NCBI RefSeq assembly: GCF_000315625.1
Contig: NW_005434563.1
Coordinates: 155,387 to 219,386 of the forward strand
Reading direction: 5' to 3'
DNA length: 64,000 nucleotides
From: Guillardia theta CCMP2712
Taxonomy: Eukaryota; Protista; Cryptophyta
A program made the translations under genes and the position numbers. This document shows, piece after piece, positions 61,899 through 64,000 of this stretch; position 1 is the first letter of the stretch; each line of letters begins with the position of its first letter. A model generated the notes under the pieces. It saw only the letters and a program-made list of their open reading frames with translations. It ran no database searches and was not told where the DNA came from.

Positions 61899-63556
61899 CG
61901 CTCATCCGTGAAGACCTCGAGCTCGAGTGTTTGTCTGCGGTCACGTGAGTCGTATGATCTCAAGGGGGATGAAGTTTCTGCAGGACTGCGGGTACAGACA
62001 TGCGATCCTAGTCGAGGGTGACGCGAGCGAGGCTTGTCGACGAGTCCTGACGATCCATTGCAGCCGATGGAAAAGTCTCGGCATTTGGCGACAACAGCAT
62101 GGGGATCCTCCCGATGCCTGAGCTGACGTGCGAAGTGACTCTGAGCTGCCGGCAATGACGGTCAGCAGATTCTACGAGCAACCTGTTGACATCTCCCATT
62201 ACTTTCCTGCTGCTGCTGAGCTTCAGGTCCTTCGCCTTCCTCCTCCTCTTGTCTCATCCTCTCCTTCAGATCCGTCAAGTTGCATGCGGCGGATTTCACA
62301 CGCTGATGCTGAGCGAGGACGGGAGGATCTTTGTGTTTGGCAGCAACTGCTTTGGTCAGGTGCTCGCTCTCCTCGCCCTCCTCGCCCTCCCTGACTACCT
62401 GCCCAGCTGGGTCTCGGGCTGCATGCAGGGAGCACAGTCTCACAGGTTTCCGTGTCGCTTGACAGGCTCGAGCTGACGCCCAGCTCAGCCAGCTCAAGTT
62501 GCTCTCTCCTCAGAGCTTCAGAGATACGAGTGATAACCCTCCTCCTCCTCCTTCTCATTGCTGACCGTTAAAAGCTTTCGAAGAATCGCTTGCGGACAAT
62601 GGCATAGCCTCGCCGTGACTTCCGATGGCGACTTGTTCTCATGGGGTAGTGAAGGAGCAAGAGGAGGGAGGGTGGTATGGAATAGAGAAGATGGGATGGG
62701 CAGGGGCGTAGCTGAGAAAAACGAGCAACATCAAGTGTCTGATCTACGTCCAGGGAACAACGAAGATGGACAGCTAGGCGTTGGTTTTCGCTCACACCTT
62801 TTGAGGTGAGTTGTAGTAGCAGTGAAGGGAGCAGGAGTAGGGGAATGATCTCGAGGAGGAGGTGGGGCGCGTTGAAGAGACAAACTGGCGCGTGGAAGGT
62901 ATGGGAGCAGACAGCAGAGGGGAGTTGAAGGCTGTTGTAGTGGCGGAGGTCAGTGCGGAGTGCTTAATCAGACTGCAGCGAAACCCCTCAACGTGTTTCG
63001 TTGCCTGCAGATGAGAAATGTCTGGATGCTCGGGGAGGCTTGAAGCACACTGTGAGCTGCAAGTCATGCTCTCTTCTTCTCCTCTCACTTCTCTTTTTCC
63101 TCTCTCTCGTGACCGCCATCATGTTCCTGCTTTCCCTGTCTTCTTCTCTTCCTCTTCTTACTGAATTCTCTCCTTCTCATCTCAGATTTGTCTCACGATG
63201 TGCGGGCCTCCATTGGCTGCTGCTTCGCAACGATGGTTTGCAAGGAAGTCAGTGTTTGCATGCGGGGAAGGGAAGTACGGTCAGCTCGGGTTGGGGGGCA
63301 ACACCAGCTCGACGTTTCCTCAGCGGCTCCGAACGCTCAAGGGGCTGCAAGTGACAAGGTTGACGTGTATGACGCCTCACCCCGTTCTGCCTGCCTCCTT
63401 CTTCCCCCCCCTTCCCCCGCCTCACCTCGGTCCTGCCTCACAAGCTGCAGGATCGAGTGTGGGCCCATGCACTCCATCGCTGTGGTCAGCATCGCCGACC
63501 TATCGGGTCAAGACGCGTCGCAGGAAGCAGAAGGAGGAGGAGAGGCTTCAAGTTGA
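61899..63556 (+). CDS. RCC1/UVR8-type repeat (beta-propeller) protein, multi-exon; 5' end uncertain
   Basis: CGYRHAIL / DGKVSAFGDN, QVACGGFHTLMLSEDGRIFVFGSNCFGQ, IACGQWHSLAVTSDGDLFSWG-NNEDGQLG, VFACGEGKYGQLGLG, IECGPMHSIAV. Confidence 0.88.
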
Positions 63557-64000
63557 CGCATACTCTCTAGGCTTACGTGTGGGGCATGCGGGTGGATCGT
63601 GCGGTCCTTCCTTTCAACCCGGTAGCTGCTTGCAGTCTCTCTGGTGGTTTTGATTTGTCGAGCAGGAGCGAATCTATCTCCAACCAACGCCTGTTGACTA
63701 TTGCATACTCAACACTATCAGCAAGTTTCCGGTCAGCTCTCCTCTTTCGCACTCCTAGGGTTCCCTCTTCGGCCAAGTCACTCTCTACTCGATGACTTGT
63801 GTCATCAGGTTCGGTTCTGAGCAGCAGCATGTGAACTAGTTCATTGTACACGAACATGAACGCCTCTGCTTATGCCTGCGCTGCTTCTGCTTCACCCAAG
63901 AATTCCTCCCTGAACAATCCTCAAACCTTCATGTCACAATAGATCAAAACTCTCACCTTTCTACATCCGTCATGTCACAATTGAAAACTTTTTCGATCCA

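Overview
Eukaryotic, intron-rich, GC-rich nuclear DNA. It has GT/GC-AG introns with CTGAC/CTAAC branch sites, microsatellite-filled introns and two 100-N gaps. The style resembles a cryptophyte alga such as Guillardia, but that is inference only. The first ~23 kb is a rearranged accessory island. It holds four copies (one intact, three damaged or partial) of a spliced gene that joins a bacterial-style caspase (peptidase C14) domain to two unknown domains. Among them sits an intronless NLR-like gene: His/Cys protease-like (Tox-HDC-like) N-terminus, NACHT, pentapeptide, WD40 and a CaaX end. Remnants of a chromovirus integrase and an internally inverted RLE-type non-LTR retrotransposon are also present. 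The rest carries ordinary spliced genes (SPX-RING, MRS2 Mg transporter, acylated C2-domain protein, RCC1-repeat protein, hypotheticals) and a 1.5-kb near-identical tandem duplication. The two strongest novelties are (1) a circularly permuted, membrane-anchored pepsin-family protease at 35672-39760, whose first catalytic DTGSS motif is encoded after the second, and (2) the candidate NLR/caspase immunity or cell-death cluster.
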